Virus record (IMG/VR): IMGVR_UViG_3300031813_000006
Location: 1 to 64,000 of that record
Strand: one strand, 5' to 3'
DNA: 64,000 bases
Origin: a virus
Taxonomy: Duplodnaviria > Caudoviricetes
Shown in pieces: positions 35,478 to 46,200 of this stretch (its first letter is position 1; every line of letters begins with the position of its first letter). The notes below the pieces were generated by a model. It made no database searches, was not told the DNA's origin, and was given only the letters and a program-made list of their open reading frames with translations. The translations under genes were made by a program, and so were the position numbers.

Positions 35478-38400
35478 TTATGGTCTGATTTGAACAGCCA
35501 CAAAGTTTTTTACGGCTAGCGTTGGGTCAGTAGTTCCCCCTGTTACACCAACCATATGTGCCGCGTGGTTAAAGAATTTCCAACTACCTTCTTGTTCCCA
35601 AGAGTATGGACCTACATCTTTCTTATAATATGCAGATTCATTACCCAACATTCCATTTCCTATATCACCTAATAAAGTAGCATAGGTATTAAGGGTTGGT
35701 CCAAAAGCAACAGATTTAAAATCTGCTAAGTTTTTATAGGTTGTTGGAGAAAACCATTGAGAATTTTCTTGAAGTACATTCATACCTAAAAGGATAGAAT
35801 GGGCATGAGAAAAACCTATTGGGTTAAACTCCACACCTGTATCAACTACTCCTGGTAACGGTAATGGTCCAGATTCAGCTCTTAATTTAGCGTATTTTTC
35901 AGGATCATTTTCATCCCAACCTAAAACAAGATGTACAAGGGCCCATAATAATAAACATTGAAGTCCTTCTCCTAATAGTTTACCAAAGGCCTGTTTTTCC
36001 ATTGGGGTTAATTGCTGAAACCCATTCATACCTTTTCTTAACTCATTGGCTACCTTTATGAAAGTTTTGGCATTAGTCCTATAGAATCCTTCAGTCATTC
36101 TACCATGCCCTACATTATATCTTTCAGAAGCAACCCGGGACATAAACATAGAAGTTAAATACCTTCTCATATATGATATAGTTCTATAAGCAAGGTAACG
36201 TTGAGCCTCTGGTTGGTCAAACTTAGCAAAGGCACCGTTTAAATCATTACTAGCCATATGGATTTTATTCCTGAAGATCTTAAACTCTTTACCTCCAATA
36301 CCATATGTAGGATCAATACCGGGTTTTAATTGGATCTGATTATCTTGATTTACTTCCCAAGCATCAATGTATTTTATTATAGTTCCATCTAATTTAGTAA
36401 TGGTTTTATAATTCATCATTCCACCAAACAAACCCAAGGATGCATTAATTTCAGTCCATTTTCTAGGTGACATCATCCAAGAAAGATTTAATATATCTTT
36501 CTCAATATTTCTAGTAATGGTGCTTCCAAAGTGTTCTTCAAGTCTTCCTTGAAAAGCATCAAAGATGTCTATTAATTGAGTATCTAGACCTTTTACTTTA
36601 CCGCTATATAATTGTGAAGATATTTGAGTAGATGCTGATAGGGCCCATGCATGACCTGCTGTAAGGGTTGGGATACTTAGATCCTTTCCTCCGGAAGCCA
36701 TTATTATGTTTTGGACACCCGCAGATATTGAATTCTTTAAAGCAGATGGAATGTTCAGCGCAAAGAACCCAAATGAGGCTGTTTTAAATAACATGCTTGT
36801 TACTTTATTTAACACATCATTTTCTTTGGCAAAACCAGTATTAGTTTCTCCTTTGAATTCCCGGTCATATAAATTCTTCATGGCTTTTGCCCTGATATTC
36901 TCACCTTTTTTATTGGCAAACCTATTAATAACTGTATTAACTAATGAGTTTTCTTCTATCTTTTCTAAGCTATTAGATGATGCAGTATCAATCATAGCTT
37001 TTGCTATAGGTTCTATCTCCATTAATTTCTTTTGTCTTTCTGCAGAAAGCATGTAATGCATAGTGCTATGGAAGACATCTAATGAAACCTTATCTGCTTC
37101 AATATTGGAAAGACCTACAATTGGTACAGTACCTTCTTCTTCTCCAAATAAATCTGCTTTATTTAATTTAATGGATTCATGTAAATTAGTTAAAGGGTTA
37201 TAGTTCAGATTCATATTAACGTCATCAGCTGATTTACTGAAATAATCCTTAATATTTTGAATCCAACCTGTCACTGCTCCGCTAACTCCTTGTAAACCAC
37301 TACCTTGGATAATATCAACATTCTCTTTTCTAAATCTTGGAAGATCTAAATAAAGTTTAGAACTATCTTGTAAACCTTCTTGATTAGCAATATGATGTTC
37401 TTTTACTTTCTCTAGAATATTAAATACATCCGGGTTATTCTTCTTCAAAGAAAAATAATCTTGATTAATATAAGGACTATCTGCAGGTGCCCCTTCACTA
37501 ACTAATCGTGGTAACCAATGACCTTTATTATCTACTGTTTTACCTACAATTTTTTGGTTGATATATTCAGGTTTTACTTCTCTAACAAAGAATCTTTTAC
37601 CAGGTGCTCTTTGTATTGTTTCAACTACTTTACCTGTGTTATCTAAAAGATCTGTTGAAATATAATTTTTTGAATCTAATGGTTCAGTAGTATTCCAGAC
37701 AACAAGTCTTTGCCATGATTTATAGATAAACCCTGTTTCAGGATCAACATATGATCTCTTTTGTATATGGTTATTATAAAACCATTTATCAAAAGCATCA
37801 TTACCATTATTAAGTAGATTTAGTAGCTTTAACTCATCAAGTATGTTATTTGCTGTATCTTGAGTATAATTCCCTCCTAATAAAGCATTTAAATGATCTA
37901 CATAATAAGTTGTAGGTTTTTTAGATTGAAGTTTCTCTAACTTAGCATATAGAACTTTCAATTCAGATTTAATCAGTTTTTGTTCTGTATCATCTGCTTC
38001 ATTTTTCTTATCAATTAATTCAGCAAAACGTTCTTTATCTGCTTGGGACCTGTTCTTATTATTTAAAAGAGCTTCATATTCTGCATATTCTTCTTCAGTA
38101 AGACTACCTATATTAGATAATAATATCTGAAGTTTGTCAAGTGCCAATTGAGCCTGTCTTATAGAATAAATCCTTTGATGACTCATTTCATCAGCATTAG
38201 GTTGATTGTCATCATCCCTAAAACCTATAATAGATTCTCTAATAATGTCATTATTTTTAGAAATCTCATTTGAAAGATGCTCATTACCTTTATTAAGACG
38301 TTGTCTAAGAAGTTCTATATTAGCATAAATGTTATTTAACTTTTTATAATGCTCATCAGTTACCTTAACAACAGTATTATCATTAATCCATTCTTGGCGC

Positions 38401-41054
38401 GCATTATAAAAAGGACTATCTTCTTTAGTGCTTCTTTCCATACCTTGGGCCACTAAGTTCTCTTCATATTTTGTCAATGCATTTTGAAAAGATCCTGGAA
38501 TTTCTACCCACTTATAAACCTCATTAGATCTTTCTCTATATGCTTTTAAAGCCTTTGCTTTTATAAGATCATCTCCTGTCTTCATTTGACAAAACTCATC
38601 TACCAAAGCATGCATTTGAGCAAATTCTCTCCATTTATGTTTGATGATATCTAGAGTTTCTTTATCTGTAAATTCATCAACTTGCGCTTTTTGAAGAGAT
38701 ATAATCTCATCTAACTTAGCCCTTCTTTCCTCTTTAGCCTGTTGTTTAACAGCTTGAATCCTTGGATCATTGTCTTTAAATACAGAGTCTTTATCATAAA
38801 ATTGAGGAGTATAGTCCTGGTGGAAATACTTATTCTTATGTTCTTGTAGTTTTTCTAATAATCTAGCCGCTTCTGCGTAATCTTCTTTAGTATTACTTGA
38901 GTTTGCTTTATCCCTTGCCGCCGCAGCATCATATTCCATTTTAGATATAGCATATCTATGATTATGGAAAGGATTTAATAATGTAACTACCTTTCTTTCT
39001 ACTAAAGATACTTCATTAGTATCAGGATTTGTTTCATATGCAGAGGTAGTATCTATGGTAGTTAATAATTTACCTAGATCTTGAGCATTTCTTCCTTTAA
39101 AGCCTATCTTATTTAGTAAAGGGTCTAAATCATTAATGAATTGATTATGCTTTTGTTGAGCAGTAGTTAATACGTCTGTCATATGATTCTTTATGAACAG
39201 AGCAAATCCTCCTACAATTGGATCTGAATTATACATGAAACCTTCTAGAAAAGAACTTAATGCCGGGGCATCTCCTCTTTTACCTGTCAAATAATCCTTT
39301 ATAGGATCCACCTTAATTCCTTGAGCATCTGTATATGAACTCAGACGGGATTCATTGTAAAGCCTTATTTGTTTATCTATCAGACCTTTAGAAGCATTAT
39401 TTTTAGTATAATGCTCCATGATTTCCATATGAGTCTTATCTATATTATCAGCTAATGGTTGTAAAGTTTCTCTCATTAACTCTAGAGAACTCTTTTCATA
39501 GGCTAATTTGGAATAGTTTTTAGCATCTTTAAAGTTACTCTTAATACTTGATATTAAGGTTCTTAGTTCATTTTCTGGTTTTACACCGGCATCAGCCAAA
39601 TGCATATCCATCATATCTAAATATCTATCCCAATATCCAATAAACTTATTGTAACCAGTTAGTTTACGCATGTCTTCCTGAGATAAATCACCAGTTGAAA
39701 TATCTTTCATATGATATGACATTCTTTTAGAAGCCTCATGAGTAATATGAAGATCCAATACCATACTAGATACCTGCGCCTCAACGTGATTCATATCCTT
39801 ATTTAACTCTTCTATCTTGTCATCTAATAGACCATAATACCTACTTAGATTTTCTTTTATTTTTTGAAGCATATCTTGACCTAATTCATCTTTCAAGATA
39901 TCTAACATGGATGCATAATCTTTATTGGCCTTCAACTCAGCTAAATGTCTAGCTGCCACTTGATACATGTTATTATTTAACATTACCCTGGTTTTGGTAT
40001 TCAATAATTTGAAAGCTTCATTTTCTGCTTTCATTTGTTTAAAATAAGCAACAAGATCTTCTCCTGTTAATTGCTCACTTTTAATATCAAAAGTAGATCC
40101 TTGTAACATCTTGGCCAGATCCTGTAAAGAGGTGTTCACGTCAAGATTTTCTACTTTGATTTTATTACCAAATACCTTTCTTAAAACTTGCTTAACTTGA
40201 AAAAGGAAATTCTTAATTGCTTTAACAAAACCTTCTGATTGATTTACTCCACCACGTTGATTTAGAGCCATTTGCGTTAAAGCTCTTACTATAACTTCTT
40301 CCTTATATAAAGGTGTATTAAAACTTAAATCCGGATACTTAGATTGTACAGTGGATAATACTACTTGACCTTCTCCCGTAATTATAATCTTGTTGTACAG
40401 ATTGTTAAAAAGCTCAGGATTAGATAAAGAAATAGCTCTAACTAAAGGATGAGAAAATTCATGCAATAGAATTTCAGGTGTAAAGTGTTTACCTACAAAG
40501 TAAACCTTACCATCTTTAAACATTGCTGGTTCTCCATTCCATTTATTATTCTCAGGAACATTTTCTGATAAAGCTCTTGCTTGTTCAGTTGTAATAAACT
40601 GAGCATCTATCCCGGGAAAGTTATTGTTTAATTGTTCTGATAACTTACCAATAACTGTTTCAGAGTATTCACTGTTAACTTCATCAACATTAATGCTTCC
40701 ATCTGGACGGTAGAACATACTTAATTGACCATCTGGATCAATAGAAGGTCCTTTATTAGGATCAGTTTGATTATCCCTAGAACCATTTATCTGATCAATA
40801 GCTCTAAAAGCATTTTCATTAGGGACCGCTTGGGGATACATACGGTGAACATCTTTTTCAATAAACAACCTACCTTCATTTACACCATGTTTCTCACTAG
40901 CAAGATTTGTAAGATCTGTGATTATTTTCCTAAACTTAACTACATCTAAAACATTGTTAAATCTATCTATAGCATCACTTGCCATAAGCATGTTTCTAGT
41001 AGATTGTTTAGAATCACTTTTTACGCGTACATATGTTTTACAATCATTAGCCAT
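35478..41054 (-). CDS. Large virion cargo/ejection protein with zincin-like (HEFSH) domain
   Basis: About 1858 aa, helical, LLHEFSH; C-terminal hydrophobic segments; in the vRNAP block. Confidence 0.75.
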   Translation of the reverse strand: MANDCKTYVRVKSDSKQSTRNMLMASDAIDRFNNVLDVVKFRKIITDLTNLASEKHGVNEGRLFIEKDVHRMYPQAVPNENAFRAIDQINGSRDNQTDPNKGPSIDPDGQLSMFYRPDGSINVDEVNSEYSETVIGKLSEQLNNNFPGIDAQFITTEQARALSENVPENNKWNGEPAMFKDGKVYFVGKHFTPEILLHEFSHPLVRAISLSNPELFNNLYNKIIITGEGQVVLSTVQSKYPDLSFNTPLYKEEVIVRALTQMALNQRGGVNQSEGFVKAIKNFLFQVKQVLRKVFGNKIKVENLDVNTSLQDLAKMLQGSTFDIKSEQLTGEDLVAYFKQMKAENEAFKLLNTKTRVMLNNNMYQVAARHLAELKANKDYASMLDILKDELGQDMLQKIKENLSRYYGLLDDKIEELNKDMNHVEAQVSSMVLDLHITHEASKRMSYHMKDISTGDLSQEDMRKLTGYNKFIGYWDRYLDMMDMHLADAGVKPENELRTLISSIKSNFKDAKNYSKLAYEKSSLELMRETLQPLADNIDKTHMEIMEHYTKNNASKGLIDKQIRLYNESRLSSYTDAQGIKVDPIKDYLTGKRGDAPALSSFLEGFMYNSDPIVGGFALFIKNHMTDVLTTAQQKHNQFINDLDPLLNKIGFKGRNAQDLGKLLTTIDTTSAYETNPDTNEVSLVERKVVTLLNPFHNHRYAISKMEYDAAAARDKANSSNTKEDYAEAARLLEKLQEHKNKYFHQDYTPQFYDKDSVFKDNDPRIQAVKQQAKEERRAKLDEIISLQKAQVDEFTDKETLDIIKHKWREFAQMHALVDEFCQMKTGDDLIKAKALKAYRERSNEVYKWVEIPGSFQNALTKYEENLVAQGMERSTKEDSPFYNARQEWINDNTVVKVTDEHYKKLNNIYANIELLRQRLNKGNEHLSNEISKNNDIIRESIIGFRDDDNQPNADEMSHQRIYSIRQAQLALDKLQILLSNIGSLTEEEYAEYEALLNNKNRSQADKERFAELIDKKNEADDTEQKLIKSELKVLYAKLEKLQSKKPTTYYVDHLNALLGGNYTQDTANNILDELKLLNLLNNGNDAFDKWFYNNHIQKRSYVDPETGFIYKSWQRLVVWNTTEPLDSKNYISTDLLDNTGKVVETIQRAPGKRFFVREVKPEYINQKIVGKTVDNKGHWLPRLVSEGAPADSPYINQDYFSLKKNNPDVFNILEKVKEHHIANQEGLQDSSKLYLDLPRFRKENVDIIQGSGLQGVSGAVTGWIQNIKDYFSKSADDVNMNLNYNPLTNLHESIKLNKADLFGEEEGTVPIVGLSNIEADKVSLDVFHSTMHYMLSAERQKKLMEIEPIAKAMIDTASSNSLEKIEENSLVNTVINRFANKKGENIRAKAMKNLYDREFKGETNTGFAKENDVLNKVTSMLFKTASFGFFALNIPSALKNSISAGVQNIIMASGGKDLSIPTLTAGHAWALSASTQISSQLYSGKVKGLDTQLIDIFDAFQGRLEEHFGSTITRNIEKDILNLSWMMSPRKWTEINASLGLFGGMMNYKTITKLDGTIIKYIDAWEVNQDNQIQLKPGIDPTYGIGGKEFKIFRNKIHMASNDLNGAFAKFDQPEAQRYLAYRTISYMRRYLTSMFMSRVASERYNVGHGRMTEGFYRTNAKTFIKVANELRKGMNGFQQLTPMEKQAFGKLLGEGLQCLLLWALVHLVLGWDENDPEKYAKLRAESGPLPLPGVVDTGVEFNPIGFSHAHSILLGMNVLQENSQWFSPTTYKNLADFKSVAFGPTLNTYATLLGDIGNGMLGNESAYYKKDVGPYSWEQEGSWKFFNHAAHMVGVTGGTTDPTLAVKNFVAVQIRP

Positions 41055-41056
41055 AA

Positions 41057-43276
41057 TCAAAAAGGTAAATGTTCACAAATATTAGTTTCTTCTTCTTCTT
41101 TAGATTCTTCTTGGGTTCCGTATTGTACAAAACCTCCTACAAGTTTATTTACTTCTTGTTCATTTAAATTTACACCTGCAAATTTAGATATCCAGTTAGT
41201 AAGTCCTTTCATCAACTGCTTCCACCAAATAGGTTTAGGTTTATTAACTAAAGTCTCTGCCCATCTTGCAGATAGTTCCATCAATAATTTTATTTTAGAT
41301 TCTTCACCATCTTTAGTAAAACCATAATCAAGCATTAAACTTTCTAATGATTTATGACCTGTTCTTTCTAAAAGTTCAGGTAACTTTTTCATAAGTTGTT
41401 CTTCAGCAGCATATAAAACACTACCTAATTCTTTAACACCACCTAATTCTTTAGCCATTCTTAACATACCTCTATGAGCTACTTCATGAATAGCTACTTT
41501 AGAAGCTTCATTTGCAGGAGTATTAGATGCTACAACTACTACTTTGTCATTCTTAGCATCATAATAACCTTGTATTAAATTAGAATTAGTTTTAGAAAAT
41601 GGTAAGTCACCATCATCTTCTCCAACTTGTCCCTGTCTTTGGTTCCATCTTTCCTGTGCTTCTGCCAACCTTCTATTCCTTTCATCAACTTCTCTTTTAT
41701 TATTTTCTATTATTCCTTTAATATAAGGATCTTTTTCAAGAGATTCTTCTAATTCATTGCTAATTTTACCACTTTGGTTTAATGATTGATAAAAATTAAA
41801 GCCATTATCTGTAATGCTATTTATAAGCATTTCTTTTACAAGTTCTCCAAAATAAGGTGCCTGTGGATTTATTTCTTCAAGTGCGTAACCTCCTCTAACT
41901 CTAAAATAAGCTCTATCTATAGCTTCATTATTATAAAGTTCAGGTTTTAAAAAATACTTTCCTACCCTTTGTAAAACATCTATATTTGCTAAAGTTTCTT
42001 CAACAGTATTTAAATCCATTACAATACGTTCTGATCTTTCCGTTTCAGATTCTTCTGTATCAAGTACTTCGTTCCATTCCATGTCCTGTCTATATCTTTC
42101 ATAGTCATAGTCATCATAGTCATCATGGTCATCATAGTCATTATCTGTTTTACCTTGTTCTCTAAATATTAAAGCGTTTCTAATAGTTTTATTATCTAAA
42201 TCTAAATTATGTTTATTAAAGAAAGCTATAGTATCATCTAAATAGTCAATAGACGCAATTTGATTATTATTTCTTGATGTAACTTCATTTACTTGAATTT
42301 TACCTTCAGCATTTTTTTCACGTTTTGCTTCAATACCAGTTATGGTAACCCCATTTACAATTAATATATAATTATCATAATTATATACATAAGACTCTGC
42401 CGTTGCACCTGCTGTACACCATGTTGAAGGTGATAATTTTTTTAATAATTCTACATTAGTTGCATGATCTTTACTATTTACATCTTGAACTCTAGGAATA
42501 TGAACCCAATACCCTTTACCACTTGCAGAAGGTTCATGATTAACAGCATCAGAAAGTATTGCTAAAACTTCTTGGTCATATAGTTTTCCTAATCTATTAA
42601 TTTCATGAGGTTTATTCATTAACATACCATAGGTGTTTGTTAAAGCTATCTCACTTAGTTGTAGTACATATTTAGATCTTCTTTCTGGGTTTAGATATTT
42701 AATAGCATGTGTAAGCATTACCTCTTGAAAAGGTAAAGGATATTTACTCAATGCTAACACCCATTTATCAAAACTTTCTGAAGCTAATTTATTTTTTTTA
42801 AGTTCTGGATGATTACTTGATTCTTTTTTTTTATTGTAAATGGATTGAATCTTATTTAACAAATCAGATTCAGATTTAATAGTTTTTATATTACCTATTT
42901 TATCTTTATTTAATCCGGCCCAGTTAATTAAAAATTTATCATTAATCCCATTATCATTTAGAATATCTTTTAAAGATAAAAATAAATCAGTTCTACCTAG
43001 AATCTCTAAAGGGACTGCCTCAACTATTTGTACACTATTAGCAACTTCTGATGGTAATTCTGATTGTATAGCATCTCTTACTGTAGAAATAGTACCTGAA
43101 TTAGGTTTCAAATTTAGATTAGGAAACATATCTTTTTGAATCTGGTCCATTACTTCTTTTGGAGTAGCAATTTTACCATTATTTTCAAGATAATATTTAT
43201 AAGCCATGAGTTTACCAACCCTGTTTTCTAAGGTCTTCCATTCAGGTGAATTTCTATTAGGACAGGTTAAGTTCAT
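41057..43276 (-). CDS. Polyvalent cargo-like protein (WCT-motif domain + HEVAH zincin-like domain)
   Basis: 739 aa; STWCTAG; AIHEVAH; DYD repeat; CPNRNSPEWKTL N-terminus. Confidence 0.7.
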   Translation of the reverse strand: MNLTCPNRNSPEWKTLENRVGKLMAYKYYLENNGKIATPKEVMDQIQKDMFPNLNLKPNSGTISTVRDAIQSELPSEVANSVQIVEAVPLEILGRTDLFLSLKDILNDNGINDKFLINWAGLNKDKIGNIKTIKSESDLLNKIQSIYNKKKESSNHPELKKNKLASESFDKWVLALSKYPLPFQEVMLTHAIKYLNPERRSKYVLQLSEIALTNTYGMLMNKPHEINRLGKLYDQEVLAILSDAVNHEPSASGKGYWVHIPRVQDVNSKDHATNVELLKKLSPSTWCTAGATAESYVYNYDNYILIVNGVTITGIEAKREKNAEGKIQVNEVTSRNNNQIASIDYLDDTIAFFNKHNLDLDNKTIRNALIFREQGKTDNDYDDHDDYDDYDYERYRQDMEWNEVLDTEESETERSERIVMDLNTVEETLANIDVLQRVGKYFLKPELYNNEAIDRAYFRVRGGYALEEINPQAPYFGELVKEMLINSITDNGFNFYQSLNQSGKISNELEESLEKDPYIKGIIENNKREVDERNRRLAEAQERWNQRQGQVGEDDGDLPFSKTNSNLIQGYYDAKNDKVVVVASNTPANEASKVAIHEVAHRGMLRMAKELGGVKELGSVLYAAEEQLMKKLPELLERTGHKSLESLMLDYGFTKDGEESKIKLLMELSARWAETLVNKPKPIWWKQLMKGLTNWISKFAGVNLNEQEVNKLVGGFVQYGTQEESKEEEETNICEHLPF

Positions 43277-46200
43277 AGTACACCACAGAATTTAATCATG
43301 AAATCTAAAACATCTTTATCTGAAACAGGTTGTCTTTTTTGAAGTTCTTCAGTTCCTTCAGCCAAAGTTTCATAATTCTTGTTTCTAAAGTTAAAATTAT
43401 CCAACAATTGCTTTGACAAATATAAGAAAGTTTGGCGTCCTACCTCTGTTGAATTTGCTATTTTTTCACCAGTAACAGGGTTTCTTCCTATTAAACCTTG
43501 ACCATATCCGTTACTATTGAAGGTTATGATCTTACCTCTTTCTTTAAATTTCTTGAGAAGCTCAATAGAAGCGTCAATAGCTTTTATGTTTTGCTCATAA
43601 GTTTCATCAGTAAGAGTATTTTTCATTACTTCACTACCGGTATAGTTAGCTTTAATGACATTGGTACCTTTAGCATTCTTAACAAGTTTACCTTCATTAT
43701 CTCTAACTGCTTCAATCTTAGTACCTTCTGGAAAAGCTTTCTTGGTGGCAATACCTATTCTATTAGAAGTTTTTGCAGATCTTACATCTCCGTCAGTGTT
43801 AACTACTTGACTTAAAGGCATTCCTTCTGCTACTGTATTATAAACAAATATCCGGTTTGCGTTATTTGGATCTTCCAATATTAAAGGAATTCCTACTTGA
43901 GAATAGTTAATAGTATCAAAATGATATGTATTTATTAACGGATCTTTAGTAGGTTTAACCACAAAAGTTGTTGAAGTAGATTCATTAATATCTTCAATAG
44001 TACCTTTGTTCTTTAAAGATTCACTCCTCACTATAGATTCAAAACTAGAAGGAACCATATAGTCTTTAAACTTACTGTTCATTCTAGTTTTATAGTTGTT
44101 ATTAGCAACAAATTCAGAGTAGTAACTGTCTAATACAGACTCATTTAGATATTTATTGTATTTATTTACTACAGGTTTTAACATATTCATTAAACCATCT
44201 GTAGGGATTAATCTAGTTAACGCGTATCTACCTTTAGCATTCATACCTGATTGCATAAAAGCATAGTAAGGAAGCATTTTAAATAGATCAGTTATCAATT
44301 CCCTAGCACCTGGATCAGGCATCATATCTGGTGTTAGATTAGATAATTCAGATATGTTCTCATGAAGGGTGTTGATCTTGGTAGCATCTAATAAGGAATC
44401 TGTAAGATATAAGTGATTACTTCCTTTGACCATATTTTGGGCCATAACTTGGAAAATGTAATAGTCTTTAATGAATTCAGGATATAACTTCTTAATTTCC
44501 ATGAATCTATCAGCAAAACTATTCTCTCCATTGAACATCTTGTACGCGTTAAAAGAATTGTCCAGAGCCTTATCTCTTATATAAAATTGAAAAGCTATTC
44601 TTTTAACTTTAGCATCAAATTCTTCTTGAGTTTCATTTGCTTGTTTCTTTGCACCTGAATCTTTAAGTACATCATTAATAGCTTTTAAGAAGTTTGGATC
44701 AGTAGCTACTTTTTCAGGAGTTAAAGTACTTGTCAGATATGCGCGTTCTAAAGCAAAAGCATTAAACTCACGCTCTGTTGAAAAGGTTCCTGGTTCACAT
44801 AGTGCTAATTTTCTAGTTTTATCATAAAGAAACTTAACCTCTTCTAGAGTTTTAGCAGAGTTAGCTACAAATTCTTGATGTAAAGCATTCTTATCAATGT
44901 ATAATACACCGTCTTTAATAAAAGAACCAGTCTTTAATAAAGCAACGTTCTCTACTTTTACCCCTTTATAATCAGTGACAGCATTTAAATTAACCCCACG
45001 GATTTCATTTTGAAAGATGTAACTTACAAAATCATTGCTAAACTCTGACATAAACTTCTCTGTATCACCAAAAGTATCATCTACTATTTTACTGAAACCT
45101 TTAGTTCCCAACAACTTAAGTTTATAGTTATTCATGATATCACTATTACGCAACTTGAAAAATGGTTGCCATAATTTCTTCATATACTCTCCTATTTTAA
45201 AACTAGCAATAGGAGATTCAGTTATGATACTTTCAATCAAATCTCTATTTACTCTATCATTGGTCATCAATTGAGCCAATAAGTGATCCCTTGATATAGA
45301 ATCAAAAATACTTGCTGACTTTTTAGTATCAAAGTTTGTCTTAGTCTTTATCTCAGTAATTACCTTAGACATGTCTTCAATCTCTAAGAAATGCAAGAAA
45401 TTAGCAATCTCATCTTGACTAGCTACATATCTTGATTTATCTTCTAATGCACTATATTTTTCAATATTCTTTTGTAAAGTTTCAGGAGTAAATGCATTGT
45501 TAGAAGGTTCATCATAATACTTTTGAAGATTCTCTTCTATTTTATCATACATCAACTTATTGAAATTTTCTTTAGTATCTGTTAAGGTTTCTTTAGATAA
45601 TACATTTGTCTTATCTAATAAGTACTGACGGGCGGCAACTCTAAACCAATTAGGATTACCTGGGTCTTTACCTAAAGGTGTAGAGAAGGTACTCTTCCCT
45701 TGTTTCATCTCCATTACATACTCTCTAATCAAAGGTTGAGACACAAACAACACCGCTTCTTCAAAAGGGATACCAGCTTCAATCATATAATTTAAGGTTG
45801 GTAAAACTTCTTTTTCAGCATGTAAGTCAAATATCCAAGCACCTTTTGCAACATCCACGGAACCATTGATTAACTGATTAATGATGTCAGAAATCTTATT
45901 TTGAAATTTAGCATCATAAGTATGTGACAATGAAATGGCTTTTTGACCATTAGCCAGTGTTAAAAAATTATGATTCAATAATAACCTTTGATGTCTAGTA
46001 ACAGAAGTTTTTCTACCGGCTTGTGTAAATGTAGGATTCATATACATACCTATACGTTTAAATAGTGTATGATATGTATTAGCAACGGCTAGGATACCCA
46101 AAATTTGCTTACCTACATTATTAGCGGTATGCTTGGCTAAGTTATATCCTATTTCAAAAATACTTGTTCCTGAAGGTTTTTCTTTAGTCATTCCTGGTTC

